Of a stretch of 26,160 nucleotides of DNA, positions 1-7,921 are shown piece by piece. The number at the start of each line of letters is the position of its first letter. Within the stretch, counting starts at the first letter, position 1. The notes under the pieces are model-generated. The model saw only the letters and a list, made by a program, of their open reading frames with translations, ran no database searches and was not told the DNA's origin. Origin of the DNA: a virus (Duplodnaviria > Heunggongvirae > Uroviricota > Caudoviricetes); the IMG/VR virus record IMGVR_UViG_2657245132_000008, positions 1 through 26,160 of that record; one strand, 5' to 3'. The position numbers and the translations under genes are program-made.

Positions 1-1011
1 TTATAACGTCACTCCGCCTTTTAGTGGATTCAGAGCGACGGCATTTTGCAGATAGTCAGGCGCAAGGTGTGCATAGGCCATCGTCTGCTGAATGCTCGCA
101 TGTCCCAGAATCTGTTGCAGTGCGATTATATTGCCCCCATTCATCATGAAATGGCTTGCGAATGTATGCCGCAGGATGTGGGTTGCCTGATTGGGTGGTA
201 TATCAGGTTTCACTCTGCGTAAAATCCCGCAAAATTTCTCATAATCAACTTTGAATAATTTGGCGCTGGCCTCCTCTTTAACTTTTTTCTCCAGTTCCTC
301 AGAAATCGGCACGGTTCGCTTTTTACCGTTTTTGGTTTTCAGGAAGGTAACCCTGCAATTTGTAATCTGTGCTGGTTTTAGCGTGGCAACTTCCGTCCAT
401 CTTCCTCCGGTGCTCAGACATAAAAGCGCGACAAGTAAGTCATCACCAGCCAAAACATTTAACAGTTTTTCGATTTCTGCTTTTTCCAGGAACGTCATTT
501 CAGGGTTGGCCTCCGCCAGTGGCGGCAGTCCGTGAATTGGGTGTTGCCCGGAAAATTCATCCAATTGAATTAATTTTGTGAACATGCCGGATAATCGGTA
601 CATGTCACGGTTTATCGTTGCGGCACTGATACCATCACGTAGTCGCATGGAACGATAATCCATCAAAGCCCTTTTGCTCATCCTGCTCACTGGTATATCA
701 CCTATGCCGCTGATGGTTTTGAGTAGATGATTAAACTCTTTTGTTCCATGCTCGTGGTTTTGCCCGTGATATTTCCACCAGATGTCCAGCAACTCACTCA
801 AAGTCCGGCGGTCTGCTCGCTGGCCTCCCCATTCTTTCTGACTGGCATTGGCGATTGTGTATCGCTCAAATGCTAGTGCTTCAGCTTTTCTTTCGAATTT
901 CCTGCGGATGCGTTTTCCGTCGCGACCGCGAGGTCTAATGTCCACTTCATAGCGACCATCATCGAGCTTCTTAATTGCCATAAGAAAGCCCTCCGGCGCT
1001 GTATTCACCAT
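1..1011 (-). CDS. int: P2-type tyrosine integrase (336 aa incl. possible N-terminal extension; alternative start at MAIKKL)
   Basis: Long minus-strand ORF at the prophage edge, immediately downstream of the C repressor gene as in P2 (Pc -> C -> int). C-terminal region contains the R...HxxR...Y-type tyrosine recombinase signature (HILRHTFASH... LGHASIQQTMAYAHL). Size matches P2 Int (~337 aa, from memory). Confidence 0.85.
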   Translation of the reverse strand: MVNTAPEGFLMAIKKLDDGRYEVDIRPRGRDGKRIRRKFERKAEALAFERYTIANASQKEWGGQRADRRTLSELLDIWWKYHGQNHEHGTKEFNHLLKTISGIGDIPVSRMSKRALMDYRSMRLRDGISAATINRDMYRLSGMFTKLIQLDEFSGQHPIHGLPPLAEANPEMTFLEKAEIEKLLNVLAGDDLLVALLCLSTGGRWTEVATLKPAQITNCRVTFLKTKNGKKRTVPISEELEKKVKEEASAKLFKVDYEKFCGILRRVKPDIPPNQATHILRHTFASHFMMNGGNIIALQQILGHASIQQTMAYAHLAPDYLQNAVALNPLKGGVTL

Positions 1012-1050
1012 CTTGGTAGCAAATGGTGAAAATGTAATCTTTATATAGAG

Positions 1051-1344
1051 TTAGCCAATCCTTTTCGCGGAGTGGTTGGACTCTGTTGACTCTGGCCCAA
1101 TGTGCGCGAGAGCCGGTGCGATTTGTCCTGCGTCCGGCGCGGTTTTATCTGTCATAAGCCATAGAGCATATTTTTGGAATGTGGGATGCATAGTGATTTT
1201 TAGCAAAGCTGTGCCACCGGGTTCAAAGTTTCCTCCTTCATATTTTTTAAGTGTGCTTAGCGGTAACTCTATGATTTCACAGAATTTTGATTGGCTTAGC
1301 CCTTCAGCCTCACGCAAGGCCTTAATCTTTTCGCTTAATTTCAT
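1051..1344 (-). CDS. C: Immunity repressor C (97 aa, HTH)
   Basis: Small minus-strand ORF divergent from cox with an N-terminal HTH-like segment (LSQSKFCEIIELPLSTLKKYE). Position and size match P2 C (99 aa, from memory). ATG at 1344-1342. Confidence 0.8.
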   Translation of the reverse strand: MKLSEKIKALREAEGLSQSKFCEIIELPLSTLKKYEGGNFEPGGTALLKITMHPTFQKYALWLMTDKTAPDAGQIAPALAHIGPESTESNHSAKRIG

Positions 1345-1465
1345 TTGACATGGTGCCTATATAGGGACTAAATTCCCTCAAAACTGGAACCTATATAGGT
1401 TCCATTGATTTGAGAATAAACCAGCATCTAAACGGTTTTGAGTGGTTTAGAAAGGGCTGGATCCT
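1345..1465. promoter_or_regulatory. Lysis-lysogeny switch region (face-to-face Pe/Pc) with two copies of the palindrome CCTATATAGG
   Basis: Between divergent C and cox. Consensus -35 TTGACA at ~1345-1350 with a -10-like TAAATT about 18 bp downstream (candidate Pe, + strand). CCTATATAGG at ~1356-1365 and again at ~1390-1399, the second embedded in a perfect 18-bp palindrome GGAACCTATATAGGTTCC (~1386-1403). Likely C operator sites. Confidence 0.45.
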
Positions 1466-1753
1466 ATGAGGGTACCATATATGGACGCTGAAAATTATGT
1501 GATTCAGTATCCGCTTGATGCGGTTCATGTGGATAAATTTGCTGATTTATTAGGGAAGCCAAAGACAGCCGTCAGTGAAATGGTGAAGGCAAATAAATTA
1601 CCAATTATTGAATTGCGTGATCCTTGCAAACCGAAGGCTCGTGCCGGTGAAAAATGGGTTTTCATTCCTGAGTTTAATCGCGCTGTACGTGAGGCGTTTT
1701 ATAACCGACCGGTTGAACAGCGTGATGCATGGCTTTTGTGGATGGGGTTGTGA
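1466..1753 (+). CDS. cox: Cox-like excisionase / early-promoter repressor (95 aa; alternative in-frame ATG at 1481 gives 90 aa)
   Basis: First gene of the rightward early operon, divergent from C. Small basic protein ending ...RDAWLLWMGL. P2 Cox is 91 aa (from memory). Confidence 0.7.
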   Translation: MRVPYMDAENYVIQYPLDAVHVDKFADLLGKPKTAVSEMVKANKLPIIELRDPCKPKARAGEKWVFIPEFNRAVREAFYNRPVEQRDAWLLWMGL

Positions 1754-1755
1754 TT

Positions 1756-1926
1756 ATGAATGAGCCGCGTTGTATTGCTCAGTTATTGCGTAACGAAAGC
1801 CCCAGGGCGATTGACTTCACCATCACCCACGGTAAGGGGCGTAAGGGAATCATTATCCGCACCAAAAAACAGAGTCCGTTAAAAAAGGCTCTGACCTTTC
1901 TGAAAAGCCGGAGGGTATGGAAATGA
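1756..1926 (+). CDS. Small early protein, P2 orf78-like (56 aa)
   Basis: ATG at 1756 inside track ORF 1729-1926, directly after the cox stop; position between cox and B as in P2. Confidence 0.5.
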   Translation: MNEPRCIAQLLRNESPRAIDFTITHGKGRKGIIIRTKKQSPLKKALTFLKSRRVWK

Positions 1927-2423
1927 CAGTGATGACGCTCAATCTCGTTGAAAAACAGCCAGCAGCTATGCGCCGGATAATTGGCAAGCATCTTGCCGTC
2001 CCTCGCTGGCAGGATACATGTGATTATTATAATCAGATGATGGAGCGCGAACGGCTAACGGTTTGCTTTCATGCACAGTTAAAACAGCGTCACGCAACGA
2101 TGCGTTTTGAAGAAATGAACGACGTCGAACGTGAACGACTGGTTTGTGCAATTGATGAATTGCGTGGCGCATTCTCAAAACGCCGTCAGGTCGGCGCAAG
2201 TGAGTATGCATATATTAGTTTTTTAACAGTCAGTCAGCGTCGTACTTTATTTATGCATGCGGGATTGACAGAAAAAGAATTCAATCAGCCGTACTGGCGA
2301 ATTAATGAAGAATCATGTTACTGGCGTGATGCTTTATTCCGTGCATTACGTGAATTATTCAGTCTGTTTGAGTATGCACCGACAATTCTGACGTCGGTAA
2401 AACCAGAGCAATATCTGCATTAA
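1923..2423 (+). CDS. B: Replication protein B (166 aa; helicase-loader-like in P2)
   Basis: Internal ATG at 1923 with GGAGGG about 8 nt upstream gives exactly 166 aa, the size of P2 B (from memory). Position between cox and A. Confidence 0.7.
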   Translation: MTVMTLNLVEKQPAAMRRIIGKHLAVPRWQDTCDYYNQMMERERLTVCFHAQLKQRHATMRFEEMNDVERERLVCAIDELRGAFSKRRQVGASEYAYISFLTVSQRRTLFMHAGLTEKEFNQPYWRINEESCYWRDALFRALRELFSLFEYAPTILTSVKPEQYLH

Positions 2424-2445
2424 ATAATTAACCAGAGTTTTTAAC

Positions 2446-2475
2446 GCACTTAATCGTGCGGGGCTTCTTTTTGCC
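2446..2475 (+). terminator. Weak hairpin plus T-run between B and the next ORF (possible attenuator)
   Basis: CGCAC-TTAAT-CGTGCG followed by GGGCTTCTTTTT; short stem, so low confidence. Confidence 0.25.
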
Positions 2476-2486
2476 TGGAGAAAGTC

Positions 2487-2711
2487 ATGCATACAGTTTC
2501 TGAAAATCAGTGCGGTAAATACGCATTACTGCTGCAACAGGCCAGAACCGAAGCACAGGCCGACGCTGCGACGCGCTTTTCTTCTCATCTTGACGCCATG
2601 ATTCGCCACATCACAAAGGCGGAGTTATCCCGCGTGGAGATAGTTGAGCTGCTCAGTCAGGAGTCGGAAAAATTTCACAATATCGGATTGTCTCGCGGGG
2701 AGGTGCTTTGA
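2487..2711 (+). CDS. Early-operon small protein, P2 orf80-like (74 aa)
   Basis: ATG at 2487 with GGAG upstream; stop overlaps the next start (TGATG). Confidence 0.55.
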   Translation: MHTVSENQCGKYALLLQQARTEAQADAATRFSSHLDAMIRHITKAELSRVEIVELLSQESEKFHNIGLSRGEVL

Positions 2712-3013
2712 TGTCCTGTTCTCGTTCGGTTGTATTACTGAATAACGCCTTAAAAATCGCCGTTATGAAAAATGGTGATTTGTCTCTTATTCAACTTGGT
2801 ATTGATAAAGAGAAGCGCGAAATAACTGAATCTGTTATCGCGATTTATCAGAGTGAATTAAACCTCCTGTCTGATGTGGTCAATTTACTTGTTAAACGCG
2901 CTGTATTCCACAAGCAAATTTCCTCCGTGGATGAACTGACAAAATTAACGACAGAACTCGCCAGTTATTGCGCTGATGAATTTAAGAAGCTGAACGACAA
3001 AAGGAGCTGGTAA
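2711..3013 (+). CDS. Early-operon small protein, P2 orf81-like (100 aa)
   Basis: ATG at 2711 (track start 2708 is TTG); translationally coupled to its neighbours. Confidence 0.55.
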   Translation: MSCSRSVVLLNNALKIAVMKNGDLSLIQLGIDKEKREITESVIAIYQSELNLLSDVVNLLVKRAVFHKQISSVDELTKLTTELASYCADEFKKLNDKRSW

Positions 3014-3237
3014 TGCCGGACAACGTGGATTTTATTCAGGAACAACAGGCTGAATTACTGGAGCGCCAGATTAACGCGGCAAGGGTAAAACATTGCGGTG
3101 TTTCTGCGCTGGTTTGCGAAGAGTGTGACGCGCCAATACCTGCTGCCCGTCGTGCGGCTTATCCGTCAGCCACGCGTTGTGTTTCCTGTCAGTCAGTCTT
3201 TGAAGCAAAAAACAAACATTACCGGAGAACGGCATGA
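3013..3237 (+). CDS. TraR/DksA-family C4 zinc-finger protein, P2 orf82-like (74 aa)
   Basis: AAGGAG RBS at 3001-3006, ATG at 3013. Contains CxxC...CxxC (CEECDAPIP...CVSCQ), the C4 zinc finger typical of phage TraR/DksA-like proteins. Confidence 0.65.
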   Translation: MPDNVDFIQEQQAELLERQINAARVKHCGVSALVCEECDAPIPAARRAAYPSATRCVSCQSVFEAKNKHYRRTA

Positions 3238-3509
3238 GTATTCGTATTGAAATTGGCGAACGTTATGTCGTTACCAGTGACAGCTTTCAGTTTATTCTCC
3301 ACGAGAAAAAGAGAGCGGAAAGCGGTAAAAACGCCGGTCAGGAATGGCTGGCGGTGGTTGGTTATTACCCGAAATTAGGCCAGCTCGTTTCCGGCCTGAT
3401 GCATCACGATATTCTGACCGGAAGCGCAAAATCTTTTGCTGATTTAAACGCGCAGGTTGAGCAACTCAGCAAGCGTTGTTCAGAGGCTTTTGGCTCATAT
3501 GGCCGTTAA
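3234..3509 (+). CDS. Early-operon small protein, P2 orf83-like (91 aa)
   Basis: ATG at 3234; overlaps the start of A. Confidence 0.5.
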   Translation: MSIRIEIGERYVVTSDSFQFILHEKKRAESGKNAGQEWLAVVGYYPKLGQLVSGLMHHDILTGSAKSFADLNAQVEQLSKRCSEAFGSYGR

Positions 3510-5775
3510 AGCCTCCGGGCGTTTTGTCCCTCCGTCAGCATTTACCGCAGGCACCGGTAAGGCGTTTACCGGTGCTTATGCATGGAACGCGCCACGCGAG
3601 GCTGTCGGGCGCGAAAGACCTCTTACACGTGACGAGATGCGTCAGGTGCAAGGTGTTTTATCCACGATTAACCGCCTGCCTTACTTTTTGCGCTCGCTGT
3701 TTACTTCACGCTATGACTACATCCGGCGCAATAAAAGCCCGGTGCACGGGTTTTATTTCCTCACATCTACTTTTCAGCGTCGTTTATGGCCGCGCATTGA
3801 GCGTGTGAATCAGCGCCATGAAATGAACACCGACGCGTCGTTGCTGTTTCTGGCAGAGCGTGACCACTATGCGCGCCTGCCGGGAATGAATGACAAGGAG
3901 CTGAAAAAGTTTGCCGCCCGTATCTCATCGCAGCTTTTCATGATGTATGAGGAACTCTGCGATGCATGGGTTGATGCGCATGGTGAAAAAGAATCGCTGT
4001 TTACGGATGAGGCGCAGGCTCACCTGTATGGTCATGTTGCTGGCGCTGCACGTGCTTTCAATATTTCCCCGCTCTACTGGAAAAAATACCGTAAAGGACA
4101 GATGACCACGAGGCAGGCATATTCTGCCATTGCCCGCCTGTTTAACGATGAGTGGTGGACTCATCAGCTTAAAGGCCAGCGTATGCGCTGGCATGAGGCG
4201 TTACTGATAGCTGTCGGGGAGGTCAATAAAGACCGTTCTCCTTATGCCAGTAAACACGCCATTCGTGATGTGCGTGCGCGCCGCCAGGCAAATCTGGAAT
4301 TTCTTAAATCGTGTGACCTTGAAAACAGGGAAACCGGCGAGCGCATCGACCTTATCAGTAAGGTGATGGGCAGTATTTCTAATCCTGAAATTCGCCGGAT
4401 GGAGCTGATGAACACCATTGCCGGTATTGAGCGTTACGCCGCCGCAGAGGGTGATGTGGGGATGTTTATCACGCTGACCGCGCCGTCAAAGTATCACCCG
4501 ACACGTCAGGTCGGAAAAGGCGAAAGTAAAACCGTTCAGCTTAATCACGGCTGGAACGATGAGGCATTTAATCCAAAGGATGCGCAGCGTTATCTCTGCC
4601 GTATCTGGAGCCTGATGCGCACGGCATTCAAGGATAATGATTTACAGGTCTACGGTTTGCGAGTCGTCGAGCCACACCACGACGGAACGCCGCACTGGCA
4701 TATGATGCTTTTTTGTCATCCACGCCAGCGTAACCAGATTATCGAAATCATGCGTCGCTATGCGCTCAAAGAGGATGGCGACGAAAGAGGAGCCGCGCGA
4801 AACCGTTTTCAGGCAAAACACCTTAACCGGGGCGGTGCTGCGGGATATATCGCGAAATACATTTCAAAAAACATCGACGGCTATGCACTGGATGGTCAGC
4901 TCGATAACGACACCGGCAGGCCGCTGAAAGACACTGCAGCGGCTGTTACCGCATGGGCGTCAACGTGGCGCATTCCGCAATTTAAAACGGTTGGCCTGCC
5001 GACAATGGGGGCTTACCGTGAACTACGCAAATTGCCTCGCGGCGTCAGCATTGCTGATGAGTTTGACGAGCGCGTCGAGGCTGCACGCGCCGCCGCAGAC
5101 AGTGGTGATTTTGCGCTGTATATCAGCGCGCAGGGCGGGGCAAATGTCCCGCGCGATTGTCAGACTGTCAGGGTCGCCCGTAGTCTGTCGGATGACGTTA
5201 ACGAGTACGAGGAAGAAGTCGAGAGAGTGGTCGGCATTTACGCGCCGCATCTCGGCGCGCGTCATATTCATATCACCAGAACGACGGACTGGCGCATTGT
5301 GCCGAAAGTTCCGGTCGTTGAGCCTTTGACTTTAAAAAGCGGCATCGCCGCGCCTCGGAGTCCTGTCAATAACTGTGGAAAGCTCACCGGTGGTGATACT
5401 TCGTTACCAGCTCCCACACCTTCTGAGCACGCCGCAGCAGTGCTTAATCTGGTTGATGACGGTGTCATCGAATGGAATGACCCGGAGGTCGTGAGGGCGC
5501 TCAGAGGTGCATTAAAACATGGCCTGAGAACACCAAATCGCCAGCAAAGAAACGGAAGCCCGTTAAAACCGCATGAAATGGCACCATCGGCCAGACTGAC
5601 CCGGTCGGAACGAATGCAAATTACCCGTATCCGCGTTGACCTTGCTCAGAACGGTATCAGGCCGCAGCGATGGGAGCTTGAGGCGCTGGCGCGTGGGGCA
5701 ACCGTAAATTATGACGGGAAAAAATTCACGTATCCGGTCGCTAATGAGTGGTCGGTTTTTTCAATTAAACAATAA
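3499..5775 (+). CDS. A: Replication initiation endonuclease gpA (rolling-circle HUH/Rep-type; 758 aa from ATG 3499; track start 3457 is TTG)
   Basis: HUH-type motif PHWHMMLF (~4690-4710) and the paired-tyrosine motif GYIAKYISKN (Tyr codons ~4846 and ~4858), as in the phiX174 A / P2 A rolling-circle initiators. Size matches P2 A (761 aa, from memory). Confidence 0.9.
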   Translation: MAVKASGRFVPPSAFTAGTGKAFTGAYAWNAPREAVGRERPLTRDEMRQVQGVLSTINRLPYFLRSLFTSRYDYIRRNKSPVHGFYFLTSTFQRRLWPRIERVNQRHEMNTDASLLFLAERDHYARLPGMNDKELKKFAARISSQLFMMYEELCDAWVDAHGEKESLFTDEAQAHLYGHVAGAARAFNISPLYWKKYRKGQMTTRQAYSAIARLFNDEWWTHQLKGQRMRWHEALLIAVGEVNKDRSPYASKHAIRDVRARRQANLEFLKSCDLENRETGERIDLISKVMGSISNPEIRRMELMNTIAGIERYAAAEGDVGMFITLTAPSKYHPTRQVGKGESKTVQLNHGWNDEAFNPKDAQRYLCRIWSLMRTAFKDNDLQVYGLRVVEPHHDGTPHWHMMLFCHPRQRNQIIEIMRRYALKEDGDERGAARNRFQAKHLNRGGAAGYIAKYISKNIDGYALDGQLDNDTGRPLKDTAAAVTAWASTWRIPQFKTVGLPTMGAYRELRKLPRGVSIADEFDERVEAARAAADSGDFALYISAQGGANVPRDCQTVRVARSLSDDVNEYEEEVERVVGIYAPHLGARHIHITRTTDWRIVPKVPVVEPLTLKSGIAAPRSPVNNCGKLTGGDTSLPAPTPSEHAAAVLNLVDDGVIEWNDPEVVRALRGALKHGLRTPNRQQRNGSPLKPHEMAPSARLTRSERMQITRIRVDLAQNGIRPQRWELEALARGATVNYDGKKFTYPVANEWSVFSIKQ

Positions 5776-5919
5776 TGACTACTACTGCAGTGTTGTGGGA
5801 ATGTTATAGTGTTTGTGGAATTTTTCTATGAAAAACAATGAATTAATCTGTTTTTCATATTGAGCTAATTTTTTATGGCCACAGTTGTTAAAAAGTGAGA
5901 ACATAATCTTGTTCAAAAC

Positions 5920-5976
5920 CTGCTTCTATATACGGAGGCTTTCGCTATAATACGCGGTCGGTTTTAGGAGGGGATA
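5920..5976 (+). promoter_or_regulatory. Putative sigma70 promoter and RBS for the methyltransferase gene
   Basis: Perfect -10 hexamer TATAAT at ~5946-5951 and AGGAGGGG RBS at ~5966-5973, 4-5 nt before ATG 5977. The -35 is weak or unclear. Confidence 0.4.
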
Positions 5977-6921
5977 ATGCCAACAGTAGTTTCACTTTTT
6001 TCTGGATGCGGTGGTTCCGATGCGGGGGTTTTGAGAGCCGGCTTTGATGTGCTTATGGCCAACGATATCTTGCCGTATGCGCGCGATGTTTATATTGCCA
6101 ATCATCCAGAAACTGATTACATATTAGGCAATATTGCTGATGTAACTACTTTTCCTAAATCTGATTTGCTGGTAGGTTGTTATCCATGTCAGGGATTCAG
6201 CCAGGGTGGTGCGCGTAAAGCCGATCGAAAAATTAATACTCTTTATTTAGAGTTTGCTAGAGCTTTAAACAATATAAAGCCTAAAGCTTTTATAGTAGAA
6301 AACGTGTCTGGTATGGTTAGAAAAAATTTTGAGCATTTGTTATCTGACCAGATCAGGGTTTTTACTGAAGCAGGTTATACTGTTTCCGCAAAAGTTTTAA
6401 ATGCGGCTGAATATGGAGTAGCGCAGGAAAGAAAAAGAATATTTATCGTAGGAATCCGTAATGATTTCAAAGTTAAGTACGAGTTCCCTCAGCCAACTCA
6501 TGGGCCAGCAACTGGCGTCAACTATGTTACTATTAAAGATGCTATAGGGCATTTACCTGAATGGCCAGAAGGTGAATTTTATGATATGGGATTCCATTGG
6601 TATTATATGTCTCGCAATCGTCGCCAGGATTGGGATCAAATTTCAAAGACAATAGTTGCTAATGCAAGGCATATGCCGTTGCATCCTGTCAGTCCTCCGA
6701 TGGAGAAAGTAAGAACTGATGAATGGAGATTTGTTGAGGATCGGAGAGCTCGCAGATTCAGTTTTCGAGAGGCAGCACTATTACAAGGGTTTGAGGATCT
6801 AGTGTTTCCAGAAACAAATGCTGCAAGTCTTGGCATGAAATACACGGTGGTTGGTAATGCAGTGCCTCCGCCGCTTTTTGAAGCTGTAACGAAGGCATTG
6901 CCAATAGAATTATGGGATTGA
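5977..6921 (+). CDS. C5-cytosine DNA methyltransferase (Dcm-like, 314 aa)
   Basis: Conserved C5-MTase motifs in canonical order: I FSGCGG (aa 8-13), IV PCQGFS (catalytic Cys71, codon ~6187-6189), VI ENVSGM, VIII QERKRIFIVG, IX RRFSFREAALLQGFED, X VVGNAV. A variable region between VIII and IX would be the target-recognition domain. Located in an AT-rich cargo island. Confidence 0.9.
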   Translation: MPTVVSLFSGCGGSDAGVLRAGFDVLMANDILPYARDVYIANHPETDYILGNIADVTTFPKSDLLVGCYPCQGFSQGGARKADRKINTLYLEFARALNNIKPKAFIVENVSGMVRKNFEHLLSDQIRVFTEAGYTVSAKVLNAAEYGVAQERKRIFIVGIRNDFKVKYEFPQPTHGPATGVNYVTIKDAIGHLPEWPEGEFYDMGFHWYYMSRNRRQDWDQISKTIVANARHMPLHPVSPPMEKVRTDEWRFVEDRRARRFSFREAALLQGFEDLVFPETNAASLGMKYTVVGNAVPPPLFEAVTKALPIELWD

Positions 6922-6928
6922 TAAGCTA

Positions 6929-7921
6929 TTAAGGCTCTGGATTTAATGTATAAAGCTCTTCCTCAAATTCGCGAAACCAATCAGAGGTAGTTATCGCTTC
7001 CCATTGGTTTGCCTTATCAAGTAGATATATGATTCTCAACCTATCTAATAATAATACTCCAGCGGTTGCGTGTGTGCTTACCCATTCGCCATTTGCTTCC
7101 CGATAGAAAACAGGCGTGAACATTGTTGATGGATGCTGGAACGCAATTTGGAAATAGGTGGTCAGTTTTAACACGTTAGCCTCTAATGTTTTGCTTGGCC
7201 ACCCTGTTTCTTGTGCACCACATTGACCAAGAATTCCATAGTTGCTAGTTTGACCATCAGGAAATTCCACTGTAGCAATTAGGTCAAACCCGGCATCACC
7301 AGATGTGGGAGCTCTATTTATTTCCCTTGTGTTTAAACTACAAACTCCAAGATCTTTTCCTAAAGTTTGTAGAGCTGTCCGAAGATTTGTTCCATAATAA
7401 TTTTGCCTATCATCGGAGTTAGCATCAAAAATTCTTACGGTGCCATGTGCAGGTAAGAGAGAAATCATTGCTACTTTACATACTCTGGCAAAGCTCTTTG
7501 CCCAACGTTGTGCTGCTCCTTTAATCGACTTAAAGGATCTAAGTCTAGAGCAGCAAAGAAGAAAAACATATATTCGTTGTTGTTGGTTTAGATTTTCTTT
7601 AATAATTATCTCATCACCTGAAATTATAAATGGATATATTTTGCCAAGAGCACTTTCTCTATATTCGAGTTGTGTCCAAACATCTTCGAGTTGCTCTTCA
7701 AAACGATCATTTCTCTCAGCGTCTCCATTAATTTCTTCTTCAGAATTACATTCTTCATCAATTTCTTCAACGCTTGTTATGCCGAATTTTCTTACTGAAT
7801 CTAAATCATTTTTATGTAGTGAGTTACGTCCGGTATAATTAATTACCGTGAGTAACTCGGCTAAATCTGCAAACAAATGAGGAGAGTTGGGATGCATAAC
7901 TCCTACTTCAAAAGTCATCAT
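6929..7921 (-). CDS. Cargo protein of unknown function (~330 aa), second gene of a two-gene operon; strongly acidic N-proximal tract
   Basis: Long ORF in AT-rich DNA, start ATG at 7921 or 7918 (track start 7924 is GTG) overlapping the stop of the upstream gene by ~14 nt, which implies translational coupling. AGAGG/GAGGTG RBS just upstream. No catalytic motif recognisable by eye. Confidence 0.75.
   Translation of the reverse strand: MMTFEVGVMHPNSPHLFADLAELLTVINYTGRNSLHKNDLDSVRKFGITSVEEIDEECNSEEEINGDAERNDRFEEQLEDVWTQLEYRESALGKIYPFIISGDEIIIKENLNQQQRIYVFLLCCSRLRSFKSIKGAAQRWAKSFARVCKVAMISLLPAHGTVRIFDANSDDRQNYYGTNLRTALQTLGKDLGVCSLNTREINRAPTSGDAGFDLIATVEFPDGQTSNYGILGQCGAQETGWPSKTLEANVLKLTTYFQIAFQHPSTMFTPVFYREANGEWVSTHATAGVLLLDRLRIIYLLDKANQWEAITTSDWFREFEEELYTLNPEP

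Noticed and set aside
3457-3498. Track-proposed start of gene A at 3457, and analogous track starts for P (12280), O (12358), L (15197), X (15697), B (1917) and the ParB-like gene (9068)
   Set aside because: These extended starts are TTG/GTG or unsupported codons that overlap upstream genes. Internal ATGs with RBSs give lengths that match the P2 proteins exactly (P 590, O 284, L 169, X 67, B 166), so the shorter forms were annotated.
5977-7921. MTase plus downstream gene as a Dcm/Vsr-type pair, or a classical Type II R-M pair
   Set aside because: No small (~150 aa) Vsr-like gene overlaps the MTase 3' end. The convergent partner is a 330-aa protein co-transcribed with a ParB-like gene, which does not fit a simple two-gene Type II layout. 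Left as an open hypothesis in the findings.
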